Shown: positions 12,090 to 23,829, counted from the stretch's first letter. The stretch: DNA of 64,000 nt from Octopus bimaculoides (GCF_001194135.2 NC_068983.1:142902264-142966263); one strand, 5' to 3'. Made by a program: numbers and translations. The notes: generated from the sequence alone by a model not told the origin.

Positions 12090-13774
12090 TTAAGATACAA
12101 AAAGCTTTTGGTAAAATTTGTCTGCCTATGGTCTATCTCTATCAGTATTTCATCTATTGGATTAGAAATAGCCAAACTACTCAATTATGGCCATTCTTGT
12201 AAGTTGTCATGCTATTTAGTGTTTATTCACTAAAACTCTATCTTTTAGTCATCTTAGATCTGGCAGTATTGACTACTAGGTTTGTCAGATTCTTTAACTC
12301 TTGCTGCCCATATTCTATTTTCAATTCATAAATTTTTTTTTGTGTCTCTCCCTTCTTTCTTAACAAAAATTAATCATTAAGCTAATGACAACAACAACTA
12401 TAATAATTTTCTTTAAAATATACAGCATGACAAACACTTTCAGATTATACTACCTGTCACTCATCAGTAACTTTTTCTGAAGAGGTATCATCTATATGCA
12501 ACTTAGACACATGTTAGACATGAATCAATTTCATGAAATATCTTTCAAAGAGGACACACATAGTAACCTAGTCTCCTACAGTTGCACCATAAAAATAAAA
12601 AAAACTACAGTTAAACAGAACACAAAATATTAAGCCCTCTCTACAGGTAGACGTGCAGTGAATAATACTCAGGATAAACAGTAGGCATTAACATGTCAAC
12701 AAAAGATTTTATCACTGAAACAATACCAAGCAAACTTCTATCATTTACAAAAGCATTAGGCAAATTATTCAAATCTATCAGATACTTACTTGTACACTTT
12801 CACTAGATACAAATAATAGCCAGTACAGGAAAACGAAAGAATATATTTATTTTGTAATACAGCTACATAATCACTCTTTCTCTTGCTCCAGTATGAAGTT
12901 TGAAATATTTTGATTATTTTCATACTTTTATGCTGTTAAAGCTGCTCTTCCTCAGCTGTTGCTTTTACCATATTTTCTCATGTTTTGACTTTTCTTCATT
13001 AGACAAATTATTAAATTTTTTCAGAGACTTATTGTCCACATTTGAAAATGATTACATTTCAAAATGAAATATGTCTCTTAAAATGAGTTCAATCACAAGA
13101 GGCAAGTAATGCAAATTGCAAACATAATAGCGGGCAGCTGCCTTGTTGCATTCTCTTAGATTTCCTTGTTTTGATTTTTCCATGTTTTGCGTGCCCATAA
13201 TGATTTCAGAAATTATATTTTCTTAAAATATTTATAAAATGTTTGAAAACAGATACAATATATTTTGTAAATTTTAAACATATTTGTTATGTCAAATTTT
13301 AAGTAGATGTAAAATAAATATATTCACTTAACAAAAGAAGAAACAGCATTTCCTTGTAGTATAAACATTAAACAGTAATAAAGTTCTGTTTCTTTATAAA
13401 ACTGTTTCATATACCTTTGCTTGTAAATTTAATCATAAATTATTTTGTTCAATTTCAAGTATAGATAGAATCTCTTTGATACTATCTCTACTTCGTTAAT
13501 ATAAACTATAAGATATGAACATAATTCAAAACTAATTTGGTTATAGTTAAAAGATGCATGTCAAAAGATAACTTTATTATTAATGAACAAATGTAAAAAA
13601 AAAATTTGTGTACTGATATCAGTGAAATTTACTGAACTGGAGATATCTAACTTGTAGTTATGAATGTAGCTAAGTAATATGAGTTGTAACTTTCTCTGAC
13701 TTGTAACTTGTTTTTACCTTCCCCAACCTCTTTTTCATCCTTTGGTTTATCAGTAAGATATGTATTTTTTTAGC

Positions 13775-13787
<13 letters not shown>

Positions 13788-13859
<72 letters not shown>
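13788..13859. repeat. (CA)n microsatellite
   Basis: Direct reading; ends about 60 bp upstream of the WSC exon acceptor. Confidence 0.95.
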
Positions 13860-13861
<2 letters not shown>

Positions 13862-13921
13862 AATATATACACATAAAAGATAAATAAATTACCATTAAAA
13901 TGGCTCTGACATTTCTTTCAG

Positions 13922-14054
13922 CAACTTATTTAGGTTGTTTTCGCAAGAATAAAGATAATACTTTTTTGGTCATAAAGTATTTCAGTGCAATGACACTAGA
14001 ATGGTGTCTCAACAGATGCAGAGAATCTGGAATCCAATACTGTGCCATCCAGGG
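13922..14054 (+). CDS. Internal exon encoding the N-terminal half of a WSC domain (gene A)
   Basis: TTTCTTTCAG acceptor, GG|GTAAGT donor, phase 1 to 2. Translation xTYLGCFRKNKDNTFLVIKYFSAMTLEWCLNRCRESGIQYCAIQG matches the WSC pattern YLGCF...MT.E.C...C...G..Y...Q. Confidence 0.85.
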
Positions 14055-15928
14055 GTAAGTACAACTTTGTATGTTTTTGTTTGTATTTTCATTTTTTTTT
14101 TTATCAAGATTTACAAACAATCATAAACGATCTTTTGATATTGTTTAAAGACTGGGTGAAAGAACATTTAAACACAATGTGTAATGATGATTTCAGGTTA
14201 ATTAATAGTGATTTAATTATTATCTGAATTAACTAATTTCTATGATTTGATGTTTTACTAATTTGTAACAGGTTCAGCCAATGTTTTCTTATTTATACCA
14301 ACTTGATTCCAATTTATACATTTTGGTATTTACTTCTGTTCACTATATTGTTTCTATGAATGAAAAGATTCCATATTAATCCATAATTTCAAATGTTTAT
14401 ATCTATATTGAATCGTATGCTCATATAATATTCTGATAGACATTTTCAGGGTAGAATAAGAATTATTCATGTATGAATATGAAGGCATATATTCATAAAT
14501 ACCATATCATATTTGCAACAGCTTATCTACAGCATCTTTCTTTGAAGTTACCATTAAAAAATAAAAGGTTGTATATATTTACATCCATATAGCATATACC
14601 TACCCTTCTTTCTCTCCATATAAAATTTCCAGCTGTAACAAATTATTAACTTTACAAAGACTGATTTTATACCCCCAAAACCAGTCAACAAAGTTTTTTC
14701 TTATTCCACCACAACTGTATTCTAGTTCTTGGCAAAATGAATTTTTTGACCCATTCTATCTCTTTCCTTCACTCCTCAACGATATCCAACCAACAAACTT
14801 ACTGCTTCTTTCAAACAATCTGGAAACTGTCTTCTCTAAGAAACATATTCTCACTTCATTTTGTCTTTTATCCTATTTTTGGATGGTACAACAAACTAAA
14901 AGTAATTGAGGGCTAATGAAAAAAGAAAAGAAAATGAAAAAGAAAAAAATTTTCCCTCTTAAGTTTTCTACTTATAACATATATTCTGATCTATTTCATT
15001 CTTTCTTATTAAGATATACAAATCTGATAGAATCCTAGCAAAAATCTTACTTAATCAGCATACTTCAGTGATAGCTCATGACATTTCCAAATAAATATGA
15101 AACATACCTCCTGTTCCTTACAAATCTAACCCCCACCCCACAAAAATAAATTGGGAGAAAATAACTTTCCCTAATTGACTTAATACTATTCATGTTCTTC
15201 TCCATATTGACTGTATTTGCTGTTAATTTTTGTTGAGGATTGAAATTACAGTATTTGATCCAGTTAATTCTATTCACAAATCTGTTCACAAATCATAGTT
15301 TGTCTTCTAATTGAGTATACCTTTGATCAAAGGTATAACAATTGTGACCTTTCAGTTTTTTTAGGCATTGTATATATTGGGCTACATCATGTAATATGTC
15401 CTTCCTTTTTTTAAGATAGTGAGGTTTGAAGGAAGTTAAGCTGTTATTTCTAACAGGTTGAGCAAACATATAAGGACTCTTGCACTGGCTCAAGTTTACA
15501 TCCTTTTTATTTTTAGTTCAAATTCCACCCATATCCACTTTAATCCTTCCTAGGTCTTATATAATAAGTATTGATATAATAAACTTTACCCTAGAAAGCA
15601 GTACCTCAGCAAAGTCACAACCCAACTACTGAAACCAATGTAAGAAAAAGATAGAAAAATGACATGAGGTGTAACAATAAGGTGTACATGTTTAATTCCA
15701 GCTTTATTTTCTCAAATCTTGGCTTTTGAAGAGCCAACTCTTTTATGTTTACTTTTTTTTTCTTTCTGACTAATGTTAATATTTAATTTGAGGAAAGTAG
15801 GTGGAGTGGTAGAAATTGAGCAGCAGACTAAACAGCCCTTCTTCCTTGGCTTCGTTCAGTGTAGGAGAACTTTCGTCTCCAAGTTTGTACACAGTCAATT
15901 TCTTCCAGAGAGAGAAAGAGAGAGAATA

Positions 15929-16075
15929 AACCCTCAGTACTTGACTGGTACTTCGTTATTGATCTCATAAAGATGAAAGGCAGAGTTGAATTTAGCAGGA
16001 TCTAAACTCAGAGTGTGGAGAGCCAGAGTGAATGTTACAAAGTATTCTATCTGATACTCCAACAACTCTGCCTAC
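15929..16075 (-). mobile_element. tRNA-derived SINE (CORE-like), degenerate
   Basis: Reverse complement resembles CTGAGTT.A.AT.C.GC..A..TC.ACT.TGCCTTTCATC..AAGTACCAGT of the copy at 16639. Confidence 0.6.
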
Positions 16076-16269
16076 TTGCCACTTACATATATATTACAAT
16101 ATTTAATTTTGATATTAAGAATTCCAAATTTAAACAGCATTGGTGTTATCTTCACTTTCATTCCTCTAGTTATATGCTGGATTTGATTATACTCCTTCTA
16201 CCCCAAATGTGTGGTCTTGTGTCAATGTAAGAAATTATTTGATTTGAGATCTACTTCTTCTTCAGTTTA

Positions 16270-16308
<39 letters not shown>

Positions 16309-16638
16309 GACAGTAACCAGATTTATATTTTACCAATTTATATAATATTGAAAGCTTACTTTACCATATACTCCTTGTAGTGAAAGTTAAATTTCAAACA
16401 AATGTTCTTGAAAACTGTAGCTTCTAACATTATAAAAATGGTGACTAAAAAACAGTATGAAAGATATCAGTACAAGCAATATAAGTACTCTGTTTATTGA
16501 AAGTGTTTTCTAAGCAGGTTTTACATTGGGTTTTCTATAGATTAAAGGTTCCATTATATAATTTTATTGCATAAATGCTACTGAAAAGCAAAAAATTTCA
16601 TGCTTAAAAGTTCTCGTATTATACTGTTTTATTACATA

Positions 16639-16812
16639 AGGTAGTGTGCTGGTAGAATCATTAGTGCATCAGATGAAATGCCTAGTGATATTTCTTTTGA
16701 CTCATTATGTTCTGAGTTCAAATCCCACTAAGGTTATATTTTCCTTTCATCCTCCCAGGTGTGATAAAATAAAGTGCCAGTCAAATACTGGGATGAGATA
16801 GATTGCTGACCA
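16639..16812 (+). mobile_element. tRNA-derived SINE (CORE-like)
   Basis: A-box-like TGGTAGAATC, B-box-like GAGTTCAAATCC, then CCTTTCATCC..GATAAAATAAAGTGCCAGT. Confidence 0.75.
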
Positions 16813-16829
16813 CAACATTCAAAATTTTT

Positions 16830-17004
16830 TTCTCCATGTTTTTCTCGTTGTGTTTCTCCTTATTCTTTCTGTTGAAGAGCGTAGCTCGAAACGTTAAAGA
16901 CTTTCTCTATTACCGAGTGTTAAACTAATACATCCTTTTGTTGCTTACACCACCTGTCCTCGTCTGTTGTTTTTTTCGTAAATTCTCCCATATATATATA
17001 TATA
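16830..17004 (+). mobile_element. Small repeat with minimal hammerhead-like motif, ending in (AT)n
   Basis: TCTTT-CTGTTGA-A-GAGC-GTA-GCTC-GAAA-C-GTT-AAAGA at 16864-16900; homologous copy at 50340-50441. Confidence 0.6.
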
Positions 17005-17229
17005 NNNNNNNNNNNNNNNNNNNNNNNNNNNNNNNNNNNNNNNNNNNNNNNNNNNNNNNNNNNNNNNNNNNNNNNNNNNNNNNNNNNNNNNNNNNNNNNN
17101 NNNNNNNNNNNNNNNNNNNNNNNNNNNNNNNNNNNNNNNNNNNNNNNNNNNNNNNNNNNNNNNNNNNNNNNNNNNNNNNNNNNNNNNNNNNNNNNTATAT
17201 ATATATATATATGAATATATATGATGACT

Positions 17230-18130
17230 GTCTACTTGTGCCTGAGGGAGAACCAACAACAACTATCAAAATAATAATTCTTTCAAGAGACTCTTTAAAC
17301 TTGCTTAACTCTTACATATCTTTTCACAGACCTTGCAAACAAACCTGCAACATATACATGCTTAAGTATATTCCAGTGTATAACACTGTGTCTTTTTAAG
17401 CCCTCAATAGATTTGCAAACTTTTCCATATGTACTGCATGTTGTGCAATGTTTTGTTGTGATCATGTAGTAGATATATGTATAGAGTAGATATCATGCAG
17501 GAACATACAGCCAACTTTTTGCCTCACCTGATGACTTTGTTGGCATCTAGTAAGTCTGGCCTTGGGAAAGTGCTTGGAACCACAAATATTGCATACCACA
17601 CTTACTCCATCAATTTCACACATTTATGTAACTTGTTTTTATGTAACTTGCTTGGATTCTGCATGAGATATGCATGCTTTTTCGAAAATATCCTTTATCA
17701 CTCTTCTCCTAAAGTGATGATTGAAAGCATTTCTTTCACAGCTGGCCTCACTTATTTCAAATGTTTTCAAAGAAACTATTACACAGTTCTTAAATTGCAA
17801 CTTTGCTTTATGTTGTAATTTTTACATAACTAGTTCACCATACAATGTCTACTTTTGAGATCCTCTAATAAGTTGTCCAGTCTGAAGTAAACAGTGCTTG
17901 TGTACCATTGTCTTAATACCCCAGACTTTGGATCCCCTCAAAACCTCTGTATTTGTAGTCAAAATGTTTTAAACATCTCTGATGGCATTAAAGGGTGTTT
18001 AACGATGTTTGTACAAGCCCTATGTTTCACATGAGTAAATAATGGAATAATTAAATAATTCATGATGAACTGGGAGCATGAGTGGGATCCATTCCTGTAG
18101 GAAATTTTCAAACAAAGTGACATCTTTGTT
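17230..18130 (-). mobile_element. Decayed RTE (BovB-like) LINE 3' region with three C2H2-like zinc fingers
   Basis: YSCET..LYKH..HQRC..TNTEVL..TLYGEL, then VCNICGSKHFPKARLTRCQQSH, CSTYGKVCKSIEGLKRHSVIH and VCKVCEKICKS*ASLKS. Confidence 0.75.
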
Positions 18131-18139
18131 CCTTCTCTC

Positions 18140-18840
18140 TCTGTTCATTGTATATTGCTATCACTTTCACAAATGCTTTTGCTGTTGATTGCTCTTTTGA
18201 GATAAATGTGAGAAACTGATCTTCTGGTTGTCTCTTCAATTTGTAGCATTTTGGTGCCAGGGTGGAAGTCTTTCAATTCTTTATTTGTGATTTCTTTTAT
18301 GCCAATGACTTGATGGTAGGAATAAATTCCAAAGTGTGATATAACAAATGAAGGCAATGAGTTGCTCCCTAGATAATGCAGTAGCACCAATATGGTCATC
18401 GATGTAGTAACTTTGATACTTAAGACCTGGGCCACAATATTACCCACAAAAGAGGTTGGTAGAGCTGGGGCTTATCTTAGTATCCAGGGTTAAGTGAGTC
18501 GTAGAAGTAAAAAATGTTTAAGGACTAAGAGCCTATTGTTGTGGGAGGAGTGATAGTGTGTAAGGATTTCACATCCATGGGGAATAGTTGTGAGGATCCA
18601 GAAGGTAGGGAAAAGGAGTTTAGAAGGTTAAAGGTACAGTTAATATTCTGATATGCAAAAGTTGAGCTGCAACAAAGATGATATGAATTTATCAAGGTAG
18701 TTAGAGAGCTGTTCAGTAAGACAACTATAAACAGAAGCAACGGAGTGATCAGAATGCATAGATTTGTGCAGCTTAAGAAGAAAATAGATTGTAGAGGTAT
18801 GAAGTTACTTCATACAGAAGTTTGTTGCAGTGCAAGGGAT
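18140..18840 (-). mobile_element. Penelope-like element reverse transcriptase relic
   Basis: LKLHKS..SC.TEQLSNYLD, LFPMDVKSLHTITPP (PLE motif MDVxSLYTxIP) and GTKM. Confidence 0.7.
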
Positions 18841-19261
18841 TGTAGATGAAGAGATTAGTGTTTTAATGGTTTGAGATTACAGTTTTTGGTTCTAGATTGT
18901 ATGATCTTTGGGTAAATTCTGATTAAAACAAAAATGAAAAACTCACAGGCATTAATGAAAATCTTTTGTTCTTCTAATCTATCTTGATTCCTTCCCTTAC
19001 TTTTTATCTCGCTCCTGACATATAATAACAGCTATTAATGATCCTCCACCTCTCTTCACTGTATACATTACTTTATATATATGTGTATTTGTGTTTTTTT
19101 ATGTTTGTATGTCATTATGTACATGTGGGCATATATATATGTTTGCATATTATTTATGTGTGTGTTGTGTGTGTGTTTGTGTGTACTTATATAGACAAGT
19201 TTGTATACATATGTCTGGCTAGACATATATATGTAGTGTATACAACTATATGTATATATAT

Positions 19262-19465
19262 TGGTTTCAAATTTTGGTACAAGGCCAGCAACTTTCAGAG
19301 AAGGGGTAAGTCAATTACATTACCCCAATACTCAACTAGTGCTTATTTTATTGACTCTGAAAGGATGAAAGATAAAGTTGACCTCAGCGGAATTTGAATT
19401 TGCAGCATAAAGACAGATAAAATGCCGCCAAGCATTTTGTCTTGGTGTGTTAATAATCCTGCCAG
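19262..19465 (-). mobile_element. tRNA-derived SINE (CORE-like)
   Basis: Reverse complement contains CAAATTCCGCTGAGGTCAACTTTATCTTTCATCCTTTCAGAGTCAATAAAATAAGCACTAGT. Confidence 0.75.
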
Positions 19466-19480
19466 TGCACAACCTTTACA

Positions 19481-19513
<33 letters not shown>

Positions 19514-19521
19514 GTATATAA

Positions 19522-19681
19522 TGCCAACTACTCTCTCAGAGTGGTTGGCATTAGGAAGGGCATCCAGCTGTAGAAACTATGCCAAATCAGATAGGAGTCT
19601 GGTGCAGCCTCTCAACTTGCCAGCCCTCTCAAACCATCCAAACCATGCCAGCATGGACAACGGGCGTTTAATGATGATGAT
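19522..19681 (+). mobile_element. RTE-type 3' tail fragment
   Basis: GAGTGGTTGGCATTAGGAAGGGCATCCAGCTGTAGAAAC...(GAT)n. Confidence 0.85.
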
Positions 19682-19727
19682 ATAGCTTTAGTTAAGCTAT
19701 ACACAAAAAATTAATGGAGACCCAGAA

Positions 19728-20723
19728 TGTGTTAGTGAAAGATTTATTTTGTTGAGCACATGAGGGTGATAGCTGCTTCTCAACTCCTGCTTCATAGAAG
19801 CTCACTTAATCGGAAGTCAACTTCGCTGCAGACCAGCTCCCTAGCTAGCCTGCAGTGAAGTTCCTGTCTACAGTTTATCTGTTATAAATCCTTGAGCAGT
19901 GTCCGACATATAACTCTCTCCCCACCGAACTGTTGACTGTCATTGGAACTAGGAAGACGTTTTAACTGTCCTGTCTATGCTTGTGATTACTTGGCTCTTT
20001 GGTGACTATTCCTTGGCAAGGGTTGATGTGATTTGCTTGGGGCAGCTCCTGTTTGGTGACCATGCTGACTTCTGTTCCTGTCTCGATTAGGAACCTACAT
20101 TCAGAGCTCCGATTGCAGACATAGAGGAGCAGCTGATTGTGTTTTCCTGCCACCAGGGTATTCAATGGCGATTGGTCCTGGAGTTTCCCTGGGCTGATTG
20201 CCAAGATTTCCTGAAGCTACATGGTTGTCTGCACTTCATATCCTTTTTTTCTGGACTTTGTGTGGTAAAAGCACAGGTTGTCTTACTTAACTCTACCATG
20301 TCTTGGGGCTGGCCCTAAGGCATTAACCATAAAACCACTTGATAAAAAATCTTTGTCAGCTGCTTTTGCTAACTGCCACAGGCCCTTGATCTCGGTCTGA
20401 GTTATGAGGGCCTGGACCTGGGGCAGTAACTTGCAGAGGAATATTTCCCTAAACAAAATGAAGGGGACTCATCTGGGGGAACTAATGCCAACATCTTGTC
20501 TATCAACTCCAATGGCTTGGAATTGCCTAATTCTTCCTGCTGTATCTTGGCTGTCACTTCCCAGTCAATCTGCCAGAATGTATCCACCAGCCTGTCTTTT
20601 AACGTGGTGTATTTGCGTGTTGCTGGGGGTTGGGTTAAAATGTCCAGCACTCTCATTGCTGTGTCCTCATTTAGTGCCGCTATGTACGAATATTTCTTTA
20701 GGTTTGAAGTTATTTTGCATACA
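19728..20723 (-). mobile_element. Gypsy-type LTR retrotransposon relic (gag, protease, PPT, putative 3' LTR)
   Basis: gag-like KYSYIAALNEDTAMRVLDILTQPP..KYTTLKDRL..LGNSKPLELIDKML; protease-like LLYVCNRSSECRFLIETGTEVSM; purine tract at 19926-19914 followed by TG at 19908, AATAAA near 19745 and a CA end near 19728. Confidence 0.75.
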
Positions 20724-20778
20724 TATTTCATGTTATTTGCACTGCTGGTGACATCCTGTACCCATTTATGCATGTATG

Positions 20779-20861
<83 letters not shown>

Positions 20862-21540
20862 TATATCATTTATTATTATTTAATTGGACATGACGCATTC
20901 ATTTCCATGTAAATTTATCTTTACCTTTTGATGCGACTCTCTACTCTCTACTGTTTTCTTCTCCCATCCTTCTCTAATTCCCTTTTTCTCCCCTCCTTCC
21001 TTCACCGTTTTTTATCTGTCTTTCTCTCTCTCTCCATCTCTTTTTCTTTTTCTCTCTCATTGCTTACACGTGACCATCGTCCATCTTTTTTTCCTCATGT
21101 GACCATCTTTCTTTACCTGCACAGATGTTTAAAGGAACAGACGTGTTTTCTCTCTCTCTCTTCTATCTTTTCTCTTTTCAAAAAAAAATGTTTCTCCCAG
21201 CATTCACTATTTTTCTCTCGTTCTGGTCTAATGACCCTCTATGTTTGTTTTCGTTCGGTTTCCTTGTATGTCTCCACTGTCATTTTTTTTGTTCCCAACT
21301 TTGACCCTCCATAAATCCTGAATATTATTTTAGAATTTATGGGAGCAACTGTCTTTGAAGACACATATTGTTGTTGAATGCTTGAAATGAGTAGATAGAC
21401 AGCTGACAACTGATGAAGGGTCTTTTCTCTGTGTTGTCCTTTCTCCTTGTTCATGTAATTCACTTGTTTTTCCCTCATTTGTTTATGTATTTCATGTTAT
21501 TTGCACTGCTGGTGACATCCTGTACCATATATGCATGTAT
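20724..21540. mobile_element. Unclassified element bounded by ~54-bp direct repeats, with internal (TA)n and CT-rich body
   Basis: TATTTCATGTTATTTGCACTGCTGGTGACATCCTGTACC is identical at 20724-20762 and 21488-21526. Confidence 0.65.
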
Positions 21541-21732
21541 CATCATCATCATCATCATCATCATCGATTAACGTCCGCTTTCCATGCTAGCATGGGTTGG
21601 ACGATTTGACTGAGGACTGGTGCAACTGGATGGCTACACCAGGCTCCAATCTAATTTGGCAGAGTTTCTACAGCTGGATGCCCTTCCTAACGCCAACCAC
21701 TCAGAGAGTGTAGTGGGTGCTTTTACGTGTCG
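21540..21732 (-). mobile_element. RTE-type 3' tail with (CAT)n
   Basis: Near-identical to 39896-40085. Confidence 0.9.
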
Positions 21733-21921
21733 TCCCCTTCATTATCTTTTCCTCTCAGTGTTTTTCAAATCTGCTAGCATTGTCTTGGTTTTGACCATTG
21801 CACCCCCAATAAAAACACTTGTTACCTTTCTCTCCTCTTCATTCTGCATTGCTAAAAGTATTCCTTACTCTCCTTAATCATAATGTTTATCTTGCAATAC
21901 CAATGCACATTTCATCTCTCT

Positions 21922-21950
21922 CTGATGAAGAGCCTGTCTGAAACTTTAAA
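21922..21950 (+). ncRNA. Degenerate minimal hammerhead-like motif
   Basis: CTGATGA-AGA-GCCTG-TCT-GAAA-C; stems I and III are not recoverable. Confidence 0.3.
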
Positions 21951-22692
21951 CTTCTTCCTTATGGTATAACTTTAATTCCACTGTTTGAACTCTTTGTACA
22001 ACCATATTACACTGCTTACAATATGAATTGATTTACAATTAAATAATTGTTATGTCTGACTCAGTTTTCTTTATTTCAATTAACATAGACATCTTGCATT
22101 TTGTTGATTTCCATCAAGAGAATAGAATTTGATAAGAATTCTAGAGTAGATTAGTGCAAAAAAACTTTTTTCTTTGTTTTTCTAACACAAGACTGCTGTT
22201 TACTGATTGAGAGTTTTGTATAGATTAAATGTTATATTCAGAGTGTTATGTACAGTTTTATTAGTTTGTAACTATATAGTGTTATAGCTATAAAACCAGC
22301 TTGAATTCTTTTGAGTTTCTTGATAAATAGAATATTCTTTAGATTCTATTTTGAGAAGAGCACTGATAAAAAATACAAAACACTTTTCTAGTTAAATGAA
22401 TATCATTGGTTTGACTTGGCTCTGCCAAATATCAAGCTGAATGCCAACCAGATACAATAGAAGATTAAATTACAAGGGAGCCAAGTTGCTTTTACTTTCT
22501 TTCTTTCTTACCCCTTTAACATCACAATATAAGTTCAGGCTGACAGTATCAAATCAGAAATACCAACATATGTTATTATGTATGATGTCTTAAACATAGT
22601 TGTGAGATTTATAACTGAATTCTTACTGAGTGGAGAAATTCTACAAACAAAAAACAAGAAAATAGAAATATAAAAGAAAGAGAGAAAGTATC

Positions 22693-22757
22693 CCACCACC
22701 ACCACCACCACCACCACCACCACCACCGCCACCGCCGCCGCCGCCGCCGACGACGAC
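22693..22757. repeat. Compound trinucleotide repeat (CAC)n(CGC)n(GAC)n
   Basis: Direct reading. Confidence 0.95.
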
Positions 22758-22967
22758 CGGCTATAAAACAGAAAATTTGGTGACCATCTTCTAAGGATGA
22801 GAATAAAATATGAAGAAATAGTATCAATTTCTATTTATGGCTGAAAATAGGTAATTAGGTTATTTAGAAAATGGCAAACCTTCCACCTTAAGAAAATATT
22901 GTGGCAATAAAAGAAATCTTTTCGGGAAAATTATTATTATTTAATGATTCTCTTTTTTTCTACTTAG

Positions 22968-23134
22968 GTTATATAAATATCAGACATTTTCTTTCAAAGT
23001 TAGGTTTTTGTTTTCATCTGTGCCTGGCTTTAAATATAATTATGATGGTGTTGATAGATTTTTAGCCTGTTCTTCAGTATTTTTGTAAAGGCAATGCAAT
23101 GCTATCCTGTGAAGTTGAAAAGATTGAAATTGTG
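22968..23134 (+). CDS. Candidate exon pair 22968-22998 and 23078-23134 with a 79-nt intron
   Basis: Strong acceptor CTCTTTTTTTCTACTTAG, donor AAA|GTTAGG, acceptor TCTTCAG, donor GTG|GTGAGT. One open reading is LYKYQTFSFK + YFCKGNAMLSCEVEKIEIV, starting in phase 2 (compatible with 14054). No homology recognised. Confidence 0.2.
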
Positions 23135-23829
23135 GTGAGTTGTTTTGAAATTTATCAATAAAATTTTTTGAATTTACTAGTCAGGAAGGGTACTTTATCA
23201 AGTTGAGAGTATGCTTTCTTTTATTTCTATTGATTATATTGTTCCAAAAGACTAAAAGCCTTTCTAAAAAATATTCATAACCTTCAATTTAAGTAGGGGA
23301 AAAATTAAATGAGATATTTTTTTTTATTATTTAACTATCACAGCTGAGTTGCATGTTGGACTAGTAGCTTATGAGCTAGCAGTTTATATCTCAACAGTAC
23401 TGCACTATACCTTTCTAATCAAAACATCCAACATTCAGTGGGATAATTCATTTAATCATAATAAGTACTATGAAAAGGACAGTTACAAGTGTAAGTAGTA
23501 ATAGAAACAATTAATTGACAAGTGCCTCAAATGAACTCAGATCGTCTCATAGCTACGTGTTAGAGATACAATGGCTTCATCAAACTGACTTGCTCTAATC
23601 ACACTGCATAATGACCAAAGCCTAAAGTGTCTCAATTATTCAAATAGTTACATAACATTCATTTTATTACAGATATTTTAGTTCTAGCATTCACTGCAAT
23701 TTGTTCTGCTAACATAGTCTTCAAGCTAAATTCGACAATTTGCAAATAAGGAAAATAAAACACAATATCTCATCTAAAAGTGAAAGCATTTTAAAAAAAT
23801 CAAAAAATATCAACTAGATTATGTCTGGG

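Noticed and set aside
14271-14330. Phase-2 candidate exon GFSQCFLIY as the WSC second half
   Set aside because: Lacks the CxCG and later cysteines; AT-rich and intron-like.
14633-14910. About 90-codon stop-free frame without ATG
   Set aside because: Pyrimidine-biased, no recognisable motif or donor; probably an old repeat remnant.
16925-17399. Long ORFs spanning N-runs (also 40069-40697 and 59275-60271)
   Set aside because: Open only because of assembly gaps and (TA)n tracts.
20402-21314. ORFs rich in IY/YI or F/L/S repeats
   Set aside because: Microsatellite and CT-rich translations; only the gag part of 20402-20723 is meaningful.
21380-21425. GAAATGAGTA ... CTGATGAAGGG as a permuted hammerhead
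   Set aside because: Stem I cannot be formed and stem III is degenerate in this copy.
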